A DNA stretch of 33,022 nt from Lentimicrobiaceae bacterium (lineage in GTDB: Bacteria; Bacteroidota; Bacteroidia; Bacteroidales; WCHB1-69). Each line of letters opens with the position of its first letter. Position 1 is the first letter of the stretch. A program made the position numbers and the translations under genes. The stretch lies in the NCBI GenBank assembly GCA_009787675.1, contig WQSU01000001.1, positions 1 through 33,022 of the forward strand, given 5' to 3'. Positions 8,867-18,758 of the stretch are shown here, piece by piece. A model generated the notes under the pieces. That model was not told the origin of the DNA, did no database searches, and was given only the letters and a program-made list of their open reading frames with translations.

Positions 8867-9586
8867 TTAACATTTTCTCCCCCTCAATATTTCTCGCTTA
8901 CCGGCAGGACCAGGAAGTTTTTCTATTAGAAATCCTATTTCTTTCAAGGTTTTCTTAACGCTTCCTTTAGTGCAATAAGTCAATAAGATAGACTCTTCTT
9001 TCATGCTTTTGTAAATGGATTCAAACAGTTCTTTTCCCCATAATTCGGGTTGCACTTCAGGGGAAAAGGCATCGAAATAGATCAAATCGAAATTTTTAGA
9101 TGGATAGTCGGCATTGAGGGCAGAAGTATGTCGTTTATGCAAAGAAAAATTTTCAGTAATCATCTGTTTTTCATCCCATTTGCAGTTGTGTAAAGTTGTA
9201 AATATTTCTTTTGCATTAGAGTAAGGTAGGAGAGAAGGATAGTTTAGTTGCTCTATTTCTTGTGATGTGAGCGGGTATAGTTCAACCGTTTCGTATTTAA
9301 TTTTTTTGTGTAACTCAGTTGCTTTGAAGTAAGTTAATAGTGCATTCAGTCCTGTTCCGAATCCGACTTCCAAAATAGAAATCTCTTCCAAACAGGAAAG
9401 CAGATTTGAACACAAACCTGCTTCTATAAAAATATGTAGGGATTCTTGCAATGCCCCAAAATAAGAGTGGTAGTGTTCATTGATCTCCTCTAAGAAGATG
9501 CTGCTGGAGCCGTCTTTCGTAAGTATAATTTTGCGATTCACGATTTCGTAATAAGTATTTTTTTGATTAATATTGGTAAAGTACAA
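8867..9586 (-). CDS. mnmD: MnmC-type SAM-dependent tRNA (mnm5s2U34) methyltransferase, stand-alone domain
   Basis: 239 aa. ILEVGFGTGLNALLT (SAM motif I) and DLIYFDAFSPEVQPELW, both typical of the MnmC methyltransferase domain/DUF752. Confidence 0.65.
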   Translation of the reverse strand: MYFTNINQKNTYYEIVNRKIILTKDGSSSIFLEEINEHYHSYFGALQESLHIFIEAGLCSNLLSCLEEISILEVGFGTGLNALLTYFKATELHKKIKYETVELYPLTSQEIEQLNYPSLLPYSNAKEIFTTLHNCKWDEKQMITENFSLHKRHTSALNADYPSKNFDLIYFDAFSPEVQPELWGKELFESIYKSMKEESILLTYCTKGSVKKTLKEIGFLIEKLPGPAGKREILRGRKC

Positions 9587-9591
9587 TTTTA

Positions 9592-12186
9592 TTAATTAAA
9601 AAACGCAAATTTCCCCTCCTCAAACGAATCTACCTTAATGGGCAGGTCTTTGTTTAGCGAACCAGATAATAGTATTTTCGACAACTCATTCAGTATTTTC
9701 TTTTGAATAACACGTTGCAGCGGACGAGCGCCGTACACTGGGTCGTAGCCCATTTCGGCTAACAAATCCAAGGCATACTTGGTAAATTCCACGTGTACCC
9801 CCTGTTCCCCTATCAGGCGATTCAAATCGTTGATTTGCAATTTTATTATCTCTTTTATTTCGCGTTTGGAAAGTGGCTGGAACATCACAATTTCATCAAT
9901 ACGGTTGAGAAATTCGGGGCGCAGTGATTTTTTCAACATGTCGGTAACCTCGTTTTTGGTGCGTTCAAACACTTCTTCATCCGTGTATTTGCCTTTGTCG
10001 GCATAGTTATCCTGAATAATGTGCGATCCGATGTTGGAGGTCATGATGATGATAGTGTTTTTGAAATCAGCCACCCGCCCTTTGTTGTCGGTAAGCCTGC
10101 CGTCGTCGAGCACTTGCAGCAGGATGTTCAAAATGTCGGGATGCGCTTTTTCAATTTCGTCAAACAGTATTACGGAGTATTGTTTGCGGCGCACTTTTTC
10201 GGTGAGTTGCCCGCCTTCGTCGTAGCCCACATAACCTGGAGGCGAACCTATCAGTCTTGAAACGGAGTGTGCCTCCTGAAATTCGCTCATATCGAAGCGA
10301 ATCATCGCATCTTCGGTGTTGAACAGATACTCGGCTAACGTTTTGGCTAACTCAGTTTTGCCAACGCCCGTTGTTCCCAAAAAGATAAATGAACCGATGG
10401 GGCGCTTGCTACTTTGCAAGCCGGCGCGGCTTCTACGAATAGCATCTGCAATGGCGGTAATCGCCTCGTCTTGCCCTACTACGCGTTTGTGCAGTTCCTC
10501 CTCCAGGTGGAGCAGTTTTATCTTTTCACTTTGCATCATTTTGGTTAATGGGATGCCTGTCCAGCGGGCAACCACTTCGGCAATGTCGTCGGCGCCCACC
10601 TCCTCGTCAATCATGGCGCCGTCGGCTTGCAGTTCGTTCAGTTCCTGCTGCAACTTTTCAATCTGCCCTTCGGCTTCCTTAATGATGCCGTAGCGCAGTT
10701 CCGCCACCCGACCGAAATTCCCTTGTCGCTCCTGTTCAGCAGCCTCCAATTTAAACTGCTCAATATCTGCCTTTTTCTTTTGAATATTTTCTGCCACCTC
10801 TTTTTCCGCATGCCATTTGGCATATAGTGCATTGCGTTCTTCCTGTAGCTCGGAAATAGTTTTACTCAACTGCTCTAACTTGTCGGGCGTATTTTCGTTT
10901 TTAATAGCCTCACGTTCTATCTCCAACTGTCGAATTTTTCTATCCAATTCATCCAATTCTTCCGGCATAGAGTTGATTTCCAACTTCAATTTTGAAGCCG
11001 CTTCATCAATCAAGTCAATCGCCTTATCGGGCAATTGACGGTCGGTGATATATCTTGACGACAGTTCCACTGCCGCCATAATCGCCTCATCCAGAATGCG
11101 CACCTGATGATGAGTTTCGTAACGTTCTTTCAAACCGCGCAGAATGGAAATAGTGGAATATTTATCAGGTTCTTCAATTTTTACGGGTTGGAATCTGCGT
11201 TCTAATGCTTTGTCTTTTTCAAAATATTTCTGATATTCGTTAAGCGTTGTGGCGCCTATTGAGCGGAGTTCGCCGCGTGCAAGGGCTGGTTTCAGGATGT
11301 TTGCGGCATCCATGGCGCCCTCGCCTGTAGCGCCCGCGCCCACCAGCGTATGGATCTCATCAATAAAGAGAATAATCTCCCCATTCGATTCAATTACCTC
11401 TTTAATCACATTTTTCAAACGCTCTTCAAATTCGCCTTTATACTTTGCACCGGCAATGAGTGCGCCCATATCCAGAGAAAATAACTTTTTGGTTTTCAGG
11501 TTTTCAGGAATGTCGCCGCTCACCAAACGGTGTGCCAAGCCCTCTGCAATGGCGGTCTTACCTACGCCTGCTTCACCGATCAAAATCGGATTATTTTTGG
11601 TTCTGCGCGACAGGATTTGCAATACGCGGCGAATCTCTTCATCGCGCCCAATCACGGGGTCAAGTTTGCCTTTACGGGCAGCATCATTTAGATTTACAGC
11701 ATATTTGTTTAGAGAATTATAGGATTCTTCGCTGCTGTCGTCGTTCACTTTGCTGCCTTTGCGCAAATCGGTAATGGCTGTTTTAATCCCTTTCTCGCTG
11801 ATGCCGGCATCTTTTAAAATCTTGGCGGCGTCATCATTTGCCAGATAGATGCCGTAGAGCAGGTGTTCCAGCGACACAAAGTCATCGCCCAACTCGTTGC
11901 TGAACAGAATAGCTTTTTGTATTGCTGTGTTTGACGCAGGTGAAATATAGATGTCGCTTCCATTACCTTTTGCCAGCGATTGTATCTGTTTTTCAACAAT
12001 TTGCAAAATCATTTTAGGATTTGCATCCAATTTTTTAAGCAGATAAGGAACCACATTGGCATCCACTTCTATTAATGCTTTTAAAATATGAAGCGTTTCC
12101 AAACGCGCCTGTTTTTGACTGTGCGCCACCAACTGCGCCTGCGCAATGGCTTCTTGCGATTTGAGAGTCAGATTGTTGAGATTCAT
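9592..12186 (-). CDS. clpB: ATP-dependent chaperone ClpB
   Basis: 864 aa. Clp N-domain, Walker A motifs [10 protein letters not shown] and [12 protein letters not shown], long coiled-coil middle domain, and the C-terminal GARPLQR sensor. Confidence 0.95.
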   Translation of the reverse strand: MNLNNLTLKSQEAIAQAQLVAHSQKQARLETLHILKALIEVDANVVPYLLKKLDANPKMILQIVEKQIQSLAKGNGSDIYISPASNTAIQKAILFSNELGDDFVSLEHLLYGIYLANDDAAKILKDAGISEKGIKTAITDLRKGSKVNDDSSEESYNSLNKYAVNLNDAARKGKLDPVIGRDEEIRRVLQILSRRTKNNPILIGEAGVGKTAIAEGLAHRLVSGDIPENLKTKKLFSLDMGALIAGAKYKGEFEERLKNVIKEVIESNGEIILFIDEIHTLVGAGATGEGAMDAANILKPALARGELRSIGATTLNEYQKYFEKDKALERRFQPVKIEEPDKYSTISILRGLKERYETHHQVRILDEAIMAAVELSSRYITDRQLPDKAIDLIDEAASKLKLEINSMPEELDELDRKIRQLEIEREAIKNENTPDKLEQLSKTISELQEERNALYAKWHAEKEVAENIQKKKADIEQFKLEAAEQERQGNFGRVAELRYGIIKEAEGQIEKLQQELNELQADGAMIDEEVGADDIAEVVARWTGIPLTKMMQSEKIKLLHLEEELHKRVVGQDEAITAIADAIRRSRAGLQSSKRPIGSFIFLGTTGVGKTELAKTLAEYLFNTEDAMIRFDMSEFQEAHSVSRLIGSPPGYVGYDEGGQLTEKVRRKQYSVILFDEIEKAHPDILNILLQVLDDGRLTDNKGRVADFKNTIIIMTSNIGSHIIQDNYADKGKYTDEEVFERTKNEVTDMLKKSLRPEFLNRIDEIVMFQPLSKREIKEIIKLQINDLNRLIGEQGVHVEFTKYALDLLAEMGYDPVYGARPLQRVIQKKILNELSKILLSGSLNKDLPIKVDSFEEGKFAFFN

Positions 12187-12207
12187 ATATGTAATGTTAT
12201 ATTAATT

Positions 12208-12229
12208 GCCGTTGGCTTCAGCCAACGGC
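12208..12229. other. GC-rich stem-loop 21 nt upstream of the clpB start
   Basis: GCCGTTGGC-TTCA-GCCAACGGC, a perfect 9-bp stem. No T-run follows it on the minus strand. Confidence 0.6.
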
Positions 12230-12249
12230 TCAAGGTTCTGCAAATAGAG

Positions 12250-12280
12250 TGCCAAAAAAGCTATGCTGCCAAAATGGCAG
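12250..12280 (-). terminator. Candidate intrinsic terminator of the S9 peptidase gene
   Basis: The minus strand reads CTGCCA-TTT-TGGCAG, then CATAGCTTTTTTGG. Starts 14 nt after the stop at 12294. Confidence 0.45.
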
Positions 12281-12293
12281 AATGATACCCAAA

Positions 12294-14315
12294 TCATTTC
12301 AACCATCTGTCTAACCAGCCCATAAATTCTCTCTGCCACAAAATAGCGTTTTGCGGTTTGAGAACAAAATGGGTTTCTTCGGGGAAAAAAAGAAATTTGC
12401 TGGGTATGCCTTGTAGTTGAGCTGCATTGAAGGCTTGCATCCCTTCTGCGTAAGGAATGCGAAAGTCTTTGCCGCCATGAATCACCAACATTGGGGTATC
12501 CCAATTGCCTACAAAACGGTGTGGTGAAAAAGAGTAGCTATGGGGCGCAGGTTTGTTCCAATAGGCGCCGCCAAAATCGTGGTTCACGAAAAACACCTCT
12601 TCGGTTGTGCCATAGAAACTTTCCAAATTAAACATGCCACAATGGGCTATGAACGCTTTGAAGCGTTTGTTGTGGTTGCCCGCCAGCCAATATACGGAAA
12701 AGCCTCCGTAACTTGCTCCTACACAGCCCAATTTGGTTTCATCTATATATTGTTCTTTTGACACATTATCAATGGCAGAGAGGTAATCTTTCATGTTTTG
12801 ACCGCCGTAATCCAAACTGATTTGGTCGTTCCATTCTTGTCCAAAAGTGGGCAAGCCTCTGCGGTTGGGCGCCACAACGACATATCCCCGTGAAGCCATC
12901 ATTTGAAAATTCCAACGGTAAGAGAAAAATTGACTTACGGCAGACTGAGGTCCCCCTTGACAAAACAGCACAGCAGGATATTTCATATTCGGGTTGAAGT
13001 TGGGCGGGAGAATCACCCATACCAGCATCTGTTTGCCATCGGTAGTAGTAATCCAGCGTTCCTCCACCGTGATAGAGGCCACTTCTTTCAGTTTTTCATC
13101 ATTCACAAAAGTAAGCTGGGTCTCTTTGCCTGTACTCAAATTGATATTGAAAATATCTGCCGGTCTTTCCATAGATTCTCTGATACCGATTAAGATATTG
13201 TTTTGTAGAGAAATAGACCTGTAATCATGCCTGCCTTGAGTAATTTGTTTGAACTGCTTCGTTGCCAAGTTCAATTCAAAGATTTGAAACGTTGCTTTAA
13301 TTCCGCTTATAAAATAGAGTTTTTTTCCATCTTTACTAAAAATGAAATCGGAAGCGCTTTCTCCAAAATTTGCTGAGTAATTGGTAGTTACTCCTGTTTT
13401 TAAATCATAACCAAAAATGCGTTTCAAATCAGATTCAAAGCCGTCGGTAACCATACTTGCCCAAATCAAACTATTTCCGTCGGGAGAAAAAATGGGATCA
13501 ACATCATATCCTGCGTTGGTAGCGGAGATATTTTTGGTGGTTTTATGCACCACATCATAAAGATAAATATCTGAATTTGTGCTTACTGCAAAATCTTTCC
13601 CTGTTTTTTTCTTTGAAGTATAGGCAATAAAATTTCCATCGGGAGAGAAGCAGATTTGCTCCAAACCGCCATTGTTAGGAATGGGACTTGCGGCGCGTTC
13701 ATCTTTCATAATATCAATAACATTCGCCATGCTTGGATAATCGGCAATAAAAATATGCGAATAGGAATAATCTGTCCAATCGTTCCAGTGACGATACATC
13801 AAATCGTCGAAAACCATGGCATTTGCCTTTGGCAAATCGGGATGTAAATCGTGTGCATTCTTATCCATTTTCACCGATTGGGTAAACAAAATGCGATTCC
13901 CTGTTGGGGCATACAAAAAACTTTCCACGCCTCCGGCTATTTGTGAGACAGGCTTTGAATCAGCGCCGTCTGGGTTCATTTCCCAAATTTGCATTTCGTC
14001 ATTTACCGGAGCCAGATAACCTATCTTTTTGCCGTCGGGACGCCATATTGCGTTTTGTTCGCTAATTTCGGTAGTCGTTAATTGTTTGTAAATTCCTCCT
14101 GTAGAGGGCATCACAAACAGTTCTCTATTGCCTTTGTTTTGCGCAATGTCGTAATGGGTGATTCCGAATAAAATTTGCGCTCCATCTGGCGAGAGTACCG
14201 CCTCGCTTACTCTGTCCAATTGCCAAAGCAACTCAGGAGTATAGATCTGTTTTTGTGCTATTGTACTCATAATTAGAGTAATTGTTACAAGGGTTAAAAA
14301 AAGTTTTAATTTCAT
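12294..14315 (-). CDS. Secreted S9-family serine peptidase (prolyl oligopeptidase/acylaminoacyl-peptidase type)
   Basis: 673 aa. Signal peptide MKLKLFLTLVTITLIMSTIAQ and a beta-propeller-like N-terminal half. The C-terminal alpha/beta hydrolase has nucleophile GASYGGF, Asp context HGGKDFRIP and His context EETHFV. Confidence 0.85.
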   Translation of the reverse strand: MKLKLFLTLVTITLIMSTIAQKQIYTPELLWQLDRVSEAVLSPDGAQILFGITHYDIAQNKGNRELFVMPSTGGIYKQLTTTEISEQNAIWRPDGKKIGYLAPVNDEMQIWEMNPDGADSKPVSQIAGGVESFLYAPTGNRILFTQSVKMDKNAHDLHPDLPKANAMVFDDLMYRHWNDWTDYSYSHIFIADYPSMANVIDIMKDERAASPIPNNGGLEQICFSPDGNFIAYTSKKKTGKDFAVSTNSDIYLYDVVHKTTKNISATNAGYDVDPIFSPDGNSLIWASMVTDGFESDLKRIFGYDLKTGVTTNYSANFGESASDFIFSKDGKKLYFISGIKATFQIFELNLATKQFKQITQGRHDYRSISLQNNILIGIRESMERPADIFNINLSTGKETQLTFVNDEKLKEVASITVEERWITTTDGKQMLVWVILPPNFNPNMKYPAVLFCQGGPQSAVSQFFSYRWNFQMMASRGYVVVAPNRRGLPTFGQEWNDQISLDYGGQNMKDYLSAIDNVSKEQYIDETKLGCVGASYGGFSVYWLAGNHNKRFKAFIAHCGMFNLESFYGTTEEVFFVNHDFGGAYWNKPAPHSYSFSPHRFVGNWDTPMLVIHGGKDFRIPYAEGMQAFNAAQLQGIPSKFLFFPEETHFVLKPQNAILWQREFMGWLDRWLK

Positions 14316-14377
14316 AAATTGATATTATTAAAGGGTACGAATATTTATGCCGCGAAGATATTTTTTTTGTGTCGTCG

Positions 14378-14385
14378 CAAAAGTA
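14378..14385 (-). promoter_or_regulatory. Candidate -7 box for the S9 peptidase gene
   Basis: Plus strand CAAAAGTA is TACTTTTG on the minus strand (TAnnTTTG), 63 nt upstream of the start at 14315. Confidence 0.35.
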
Positions 14386-14435
14386 AAGAAGTTATTATTT
14401 TACTTAGTCGTGAAAAATTTGATTTAGAGACATTC

Positions 14436-15425
14436 TTACATTACAAGCCCAAGCAATTCAATCTTTGGTGCTAAATAATCTCCCTTTACCGCTTCTTGGT
14501 TCATCAAATCGGTGCTCAAATATTTCTTGTTGCAGTCAGGAAAAACTGTAGCAATTATGCTGTCGAACCCATATTGTTGTTGCAGTTTGATGGCGCCGAG
14601 GAGGTTTGCACCGGAAGATATTCCCAAGCCGAGACCTAATGTTTGCGCCAGCTTCTGCGCCATAATAATTGCATCGCCGTCAGCAATTTGAATTACCTTA
14701 TCGGTTTTTTCGTAGCTCATAATATCTGGAATGAATTCGTCGGAAAGACCTTGAATCCTGTGGCATCCAACTTTGTAGCCGGTAGTTAATGTGGGGCTTT
14801 CTTGAGGCTCAAGGGGGTGGATTTTGATGTTGGGGTAGAACTCTCGCAACTTTTTTCCCACGCCAATAATGGTTCCGCCTGTCCCCACGCCGGCAATAAA
14901 GCCATCAATTTTAGAATGTTTTTCTTTTAGCTGTTGGTAGATTTCCTCTCCAGCTTTTTCATGTGCTTTTACATTTTCAATGTTAGCAAATTGTTTGGGA
15001 AGAAAAACGTTGGGGTTGATTTTCTCCATTTCTTCCGTCATGGCTATACTTCTTAAAAAGCCGCCCTCTTCTTTAGAAACGGTAAGGACATTAGCGCCGA
15101 AACTTTCAATAATTTTTTTTCGTTCCACACTTAACCAATTGGGCATGATGATTGTAACATTGCAGCCCAGGAGCTTTCCTATGGCTGCAAATGAGATGCC
15201 GGTGTTGCCGCTGGTAGCTTCTACAATAGAATCACCCTGTTTCAGTTTGTTTTCTTGAAATGCTTGCTTAAGAATCTGCAACACAATTCTATCCTTAATA
15301 CTTCCGGTGAAGTTGCGTTGTTCACATTTCGCGTAAATAAGACCTTCGTTGTTTTGCAGCCGGTATTTAATACCGATCATTGGGGTGTTTCCTATTAAGT
15401 TTTCTAATGTTTGAAAAAAGTACAT
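14436..15425 (-). CDS. cysK: Cysteine synthase (O-acetylserine sulfhydrylase), PLP-dependent
   Basis: 329 aa. IGNTPM, PLP-lysine motif GSIKDR, TSGNTGIS loop and GVGTGGTIIG. Confidence 0.8.
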   Translation of the reverse strand: MYFFQTLENLIGNTPMIGIKYRLQNNEGLIYAKCEQRNFTGSIKDRIVLQILKQAFQENKLKQGDSIVEATSGNTGISFAAIGKLLGCNVTIIMPNWLSVERKKIIESFGANVLTVSKEEGGFLRSIAMTEEMEKINPNVFLPKQFANIENVKAHEKAGEEIYQQLKEKHSKIDGFIAGVGTGGTIIGVGKKLREFYPNIKIHPLEPQESPTLTTGYKVGCHRIQGLSDEFIPDIMSYEKTDKVIQIADGDAIIMAQKLAQTLGLGLGISSGANLLGAIKLQQQYGFDSIIATVFPDCNKKYLSTDLMNQEAVKGDYLAPKIELLGLVM

Positions 15426-15537
15426 AGTTATTTGTAAGATATATAGATAGATAGATGTTTATCATGGTTTTTTTAAAAATTGTGCGAAAATAGAAAAATG
15501 TATTTTCGCCCACTCAAAAAAAAATAATCTTTTATTC

Positions 15538-16134
15538 ATGATTTCTAAAACTATCTCCATTTATAAACAAGCTATTGCGGATTATCATCAATATGATTGT
15601 GTAAATCAACAAATGCAAAACCCTTATTCTAAAGGTAGTTTGGAGGCTTTACTCTATCACAAGAATTGGATTGATACTGTGCAGTGGCACCTTGAAGATA
15701 TTATTCGCAATCCTAGCATTGATCCTGTTGAGGCTTTGGTAATTAAGCGAAGAATTGATGCTTCTAATCAGGAAAGAACCGATCTGGTGGAGTATTTAGA
15801 TTCTTATTTTTTAGATTTGTATAAAGATGTTGTTACAGAAGACAAAACGCCATTAAACACTGAAACTCCTGCTTGGGCGTTTGACCGCCTCTCCATTCTG
15901 CAACTCAAAATCTACCATATAGCACAGGAACTGTTGCGCTCGGAGGTTCATCGTACACATATTGAAAAATGTCAAGAAAAATTGGATATGCTTTTGCAAC
16001 AAGAAATTGACTTGACCACCGCCATTGAACAGTTATTAAACGACTTGGCTGCCGGCAGAAAAAAGATGAAATTGTATAAACAAATGAAAATGTACAATGA
16101 TCCAAGTTTGAACCCTGTGTTATACAAAGAATAG
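15538..16134 (+). CDS. DUF4254-family protein
   Basis: 198 aa. Lies 2 nt upstream of a GT9 gene, a pairing I recognise from Bacteroidota. The family call is from memory of that conserved pairing and the helical, W/H-rich N-terminus. Confidence 0.5.
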   Translation: MISKTISIYKQAIADYHQYDCVNQQMQNPYSKGSLEALLYHKNWIDTVQWHLEDIIRNPSIDPVEALVIKRRIDASNQERTDLVEYLDSYFLDLYKDVVTEDKTPLNTETPAWAFDRLSILQLKIYHIAQELLRSEVHRTHIEKCQEKLDMLLQQEIDLTTAIEQLLNDLAAGRKKMKLYKQMKMYNDPSLNPVLYKE

Positions 16135-16136
16135 CT

Positions 16137-17120
16137 ATGCCCACCATTCTCATACTCCGTTTCTCCGCCATGGGCGATGTAGCCATCGCGGCTTCGGTGA
16201 TGAAAGAGGTGGCTTCGCAACATCCCAACACTCTGTTTGTTTTTGCTACTCGTGCTTTCTTTGCCCCTTTTTTTGAAAACATTCCTAACTTAGAATTATT
16301 TCCCATTGATTTTAAAGAAAAGTACAAAGGCTTTAAAGGCGTTTTTAGACTTTATAAAGATTTAAAAAACAAATACAAAATGGATGCCGTGGCGGATCTG
16401 CATGGCGTATTACGTTCCAAACTGCTCACTTTACTTTTTAGATGGTCATTCAATAAAATAAAGATTGCAACTATACACAAAGGAAGAAAGGAAAAACGAG
16501 CTCTTTGTCAGGCAAAAATGCAAAACAAAACGCCGCTAAAACCAACCTGGCAACGTTATGTGGATGTTTTTCAGGAATTAGGAATTAAAGTTGTGGTCAA
16601 GCCTAAGCCTATTCCATATTTTCCCGAAAAAGTAAAAAAAATTGGTATTTTTCCTTTTGCGCAGCACAAGGGCAAAATCTATCCGCAAGAATTATTGGGA
16701 AAAGTGGTGGAAACGTTGAATGCCCACTATGAAATTTACTTGTTTGGCGGAGGAAGAAATGAACAGGAAATATGCGAAAGTTGGCAGAAAAAATATCAAA
16801 ACGTATTTTCTTTTATAGGAAAACATTCACTAAAAGAAGAACTTAATATTATTTCCACCTTAAATGTGATGTTGAGTATGGATTCTTCCGGTATGCACTT
16901 GGCATCGCTTTGCAACATTCCCTGTGTCTCAATTTGGGGCGCTACCCATCCTTATTCAGGATTTGTGGGGTTTGGACAGGAGAACAATCCGCAAATACAG
17001 TTGAACCTTCCCTGTCGCCCGTGCTCTGTTTATGGCAATAAACCTTGTAAGTATGAGGATTATAGGTGCTTGTATGGAATTGCGCCGGAGGAGATTGTTC
17101 GGGAAATTAGGAATGAATAA
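16137..17120 (+). CDS. Glycosyltransferase family 9 (heptosyltransferase-like)
   Basis: 327 aa. N-terminus ILILRFSAMGDVAIA, C-terminal MLSMDSSGMHLASL and WGATHP. Confidence 0.8.
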   Translation: MPTILILRFSAMGDVAIAASVMKEVASQHPNTLFVFATRAFFAPFFENIPNLELFPIDFKEKYKGFKGVFRLYKDLKNKYKMDAVADLHGVLRSKLLTLLFRWSFNKIKIATIHKGRKEKRALCQAKMQNKTPLKPTWQRYVDVFQELGIKVVVKPKPIPYFPEKVKKIGIFPFAQHKGKIYPQELLGKVVETLNAHYEIYLFGGGRNEQEICESWQKKYQNVFSFIGKHSLKEELNIISTLNVMLSMDSSGMHLASLCNIPCVSIWGATHPYSGFVGFGQENNPQIQLNLPCRPCSVYGNKPCKYEDYRCLYGIAPEEIVREIRNE

Positions 17121-17202
17121 TTAGATATTAGCAGCAATTTGAGCGTACATAACCAGATTTTTATTATGTATTCTCGCGAACCCTTACCCACAACTTAACA
17201 TT

Positions 17203-17886
17203 ATGGATAAAACCTTACAAAAAAATCTTACCGCATTCTTGGAAACATTTTTAACAGAAGAAAGAAAATTTTTGCTACACAAAGTATTAGAAAACAGAAC
17301 TCGCCACATTACTGTAGTGGTTGAAGATCTGTATCAAACGCAAAATATCAGTGCGGTGATGCGCTCGTGCGAGTGTGTGGGCATACAGGATGTTCACATT
17401 GTGGAGGGGGAAAACGACTTTCAAATACACAAAGCCATTGCCATGGGGGCAGATAAATGGCTAACAATTAAACATTACCAAAAAGAAAACGCCCCAATGC
17501 TTACTTGCATTAAGGAGCTGAAAGCCAAAGGTTACTCCATTGTGGCAACGCTTCCCGATGACAATAGTCATTTTTTGGATGAACTGCCGTTGGAAAAGCC
17601 GGTGGCGTTCCTTTTTGGGACGGAACTTTCAGGACTCTCGAAAGCTGCCATTGATGCAGCCGACCAAACCGTGAAGATTCCCATGTATGGCTTTACAAAT
17701 AGTTTTAATATCTCCAATTCAGTAGCCATTATCGTGAGCCAATGTGTTGAAAAATTAAGAAGAAACTCCTCTATAAATTGGCAACTCACAGAAAATGAAA
17801 AAAATGATCTGCTTTTCGATTGGGTGCAGAAATCTATCAACAAACCGGAATTGCTGATTAAAAGGTATTTGGAGGAACTTGGCTAA
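17203..17886 (+). CDS. trmH: SpoU/TrmH-family RNA 2'-O-methyltransferase
   Basis: 227 aa. HITVVVEDLYQTQNISAVMRSCECVG, FLFGTELSGLS and IPMYGFTNSFNISNSVAI (SPOUT knot motifs). Confidence 0.75.
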   Translation: MDKTLQKNLTAFLETFLTEERKFLLHKVLENRTRHITVVVEDLYQTQNISAVMRSCECVGIQDVHIVEGENDFQIHKAIAMGADKWLTIKHYQKENAPMLTCIKELKAKGYSIVATLPDDNSHFLDELPLEKPVAFLFGTELSGLSKAAIDAADQTVKIPMYGFTNSFNISNSVAIIVSQCVEKLRRNSSINWQLTENEKNDLLFDWVQKSINKPELLIKRYLEELG

Positions 17887-18646
17887 ACAACCTCCAACTG
17901 GCTTCCGCCTGCACCTGAAACATGGTAAGCCCATTAATAACAGTAGCTCCACGCTTTTTCCCTTCTTTTAAAAACAACGTTTCTTCAGGATTATAAATTA
18001 AATCAATTAAAATGTGTCTCTTATTGAACGCTGTATAATGAATTTGCGGCATCTCATTCACATTGGGAAACATCCCCAGCGGCGTTGTGTTGATGATGAA
18101 TTTAGCACGATGAATGAGTTGCTCGGTTACCTCATTGTAAGTAATTGTTTCATCCGTTTTTTTTCTAGATATTACCAAAAAAGGAACATTTTTCTGTTTC
18201 AACACATAACAAACCGCTTTTGAAGCCCCACCGTTCCCCAGCACAATCGCCAATTCCTCCTTCTTTCCTTCACTTTTCCCCCACCCCCTTTCTCCTTTCT
18301 CCTTTCCTCCTTCCACCTTCTGCATGGTCTCCTTCATCCCAGCCACATCCGTATTATACCCTACCCATCTACCCTGTTGTTTTACAACACAGTTCACTGC
18401 GATAATTTCTTCTGCCACAGCATCTAATTCATCTAAAAAAGGAATGATTTCACTCTTGTATGGAATGGTTACATTAAAACCCAGTAGTGTGGGATGTTTA
18501 AGCAAATCTTTAATTCCTTCTATGTTCTCTAATGGAAACAATTGATATTCGGCATCAGTAATGTTTTCTTTAAAAAACTTTTCAGAAAAATATTTTTTTG
18601 AGAAACTGTGGGAGAGGGGAGTGCCTATTAGACCGAAGGTTTTCAT
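17858..18646 (-). CDS. aroE: Shikimate 5-dehydrogenase with an in-frame low-complexity insert
   Basis: MKTFGLIGTPLSHSFS, GFNVTIPYK, YNTD and LGNGGASKAV. I place the start at the ATG at 18646; the ORF-track start at 18673 is a TTG. The extra segment EGGKEKGERGWGKSEGKKEE lies between NTD and the GxGG loop. Confidence 0.85.
   Translation of the reverse strand: MKTFGLIGTPLSHSFSKKYFSEKFFKENITDAEYQLFPLENIEGIKDLLKHPTLLGFNVTIPYKSEIIPFLDELDAVAEEIIAVNCVVKQQGRWVGYNTDVAGMKETMQKVEGGKEKGERGWGKSEGKKEELAIVLGNGGASKAVCYVLKQKNVPFLVISRKKTDETITYNEVTEQLIHRAKFIINTTPLGMFPNVNEMPQIHYTAFNKRHILIDLIYNPEETLFLKEGKKRGATVINGLTMFQVQAEASWRLFSQVPPNTF
18254..18321. repeat. 68-nt G-free pyrimidine tract (TTTCTCC-type 7/8-mers) inside aroE
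   Basis: The plus strand from 18254 to 18321 contains only C/T plus three A and no G: ttcctcc ttctttcc ... tttctcc tttctcc tttcctcc ttccacc ttc. Confidence 0.95.
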
Positions 18647-18758
18647 GAGAGGATTTCTTTGAGATAGGTTCAATAATTTTTTTGCAAAAGAAATGCTTCC
18701 GACCGGAGTATATTATTGTTAAAGTGGAAACTTACATTAGTGCATGAGATGCTCTTAT

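Noticed and set aside
9779-11774. Several plus-strand ORFs of 64-157 aa inside clpB (for example 10316-10693 and 11249-11722)
   Set aside because: They are antisense to a well-supported conserved gene. Their products are low-complexity and Ser/Ala/Pro/Arg-rich, typical of shadow frames.
12202-12504. 100-aa minus-strand ORF overlapping the 3' end of the S9 peptidase gene
   Set aside because: It is an alternative frame of a well-supported gene, Arg/Ser/Cys-rich with no motifs.
15443-15456. (ATAG)3.5 microsatellite 18 nt upstream of cysK
   Set aside because: Too short to distinguish from chance in AT-rich promoter DNA.
15905-16327. 140-aa minus-strand ORF spanning the DUF4254/GT9 junction
   Set aside because: It is antisense to two well-formed, tightly coupled genes and has no motifs.
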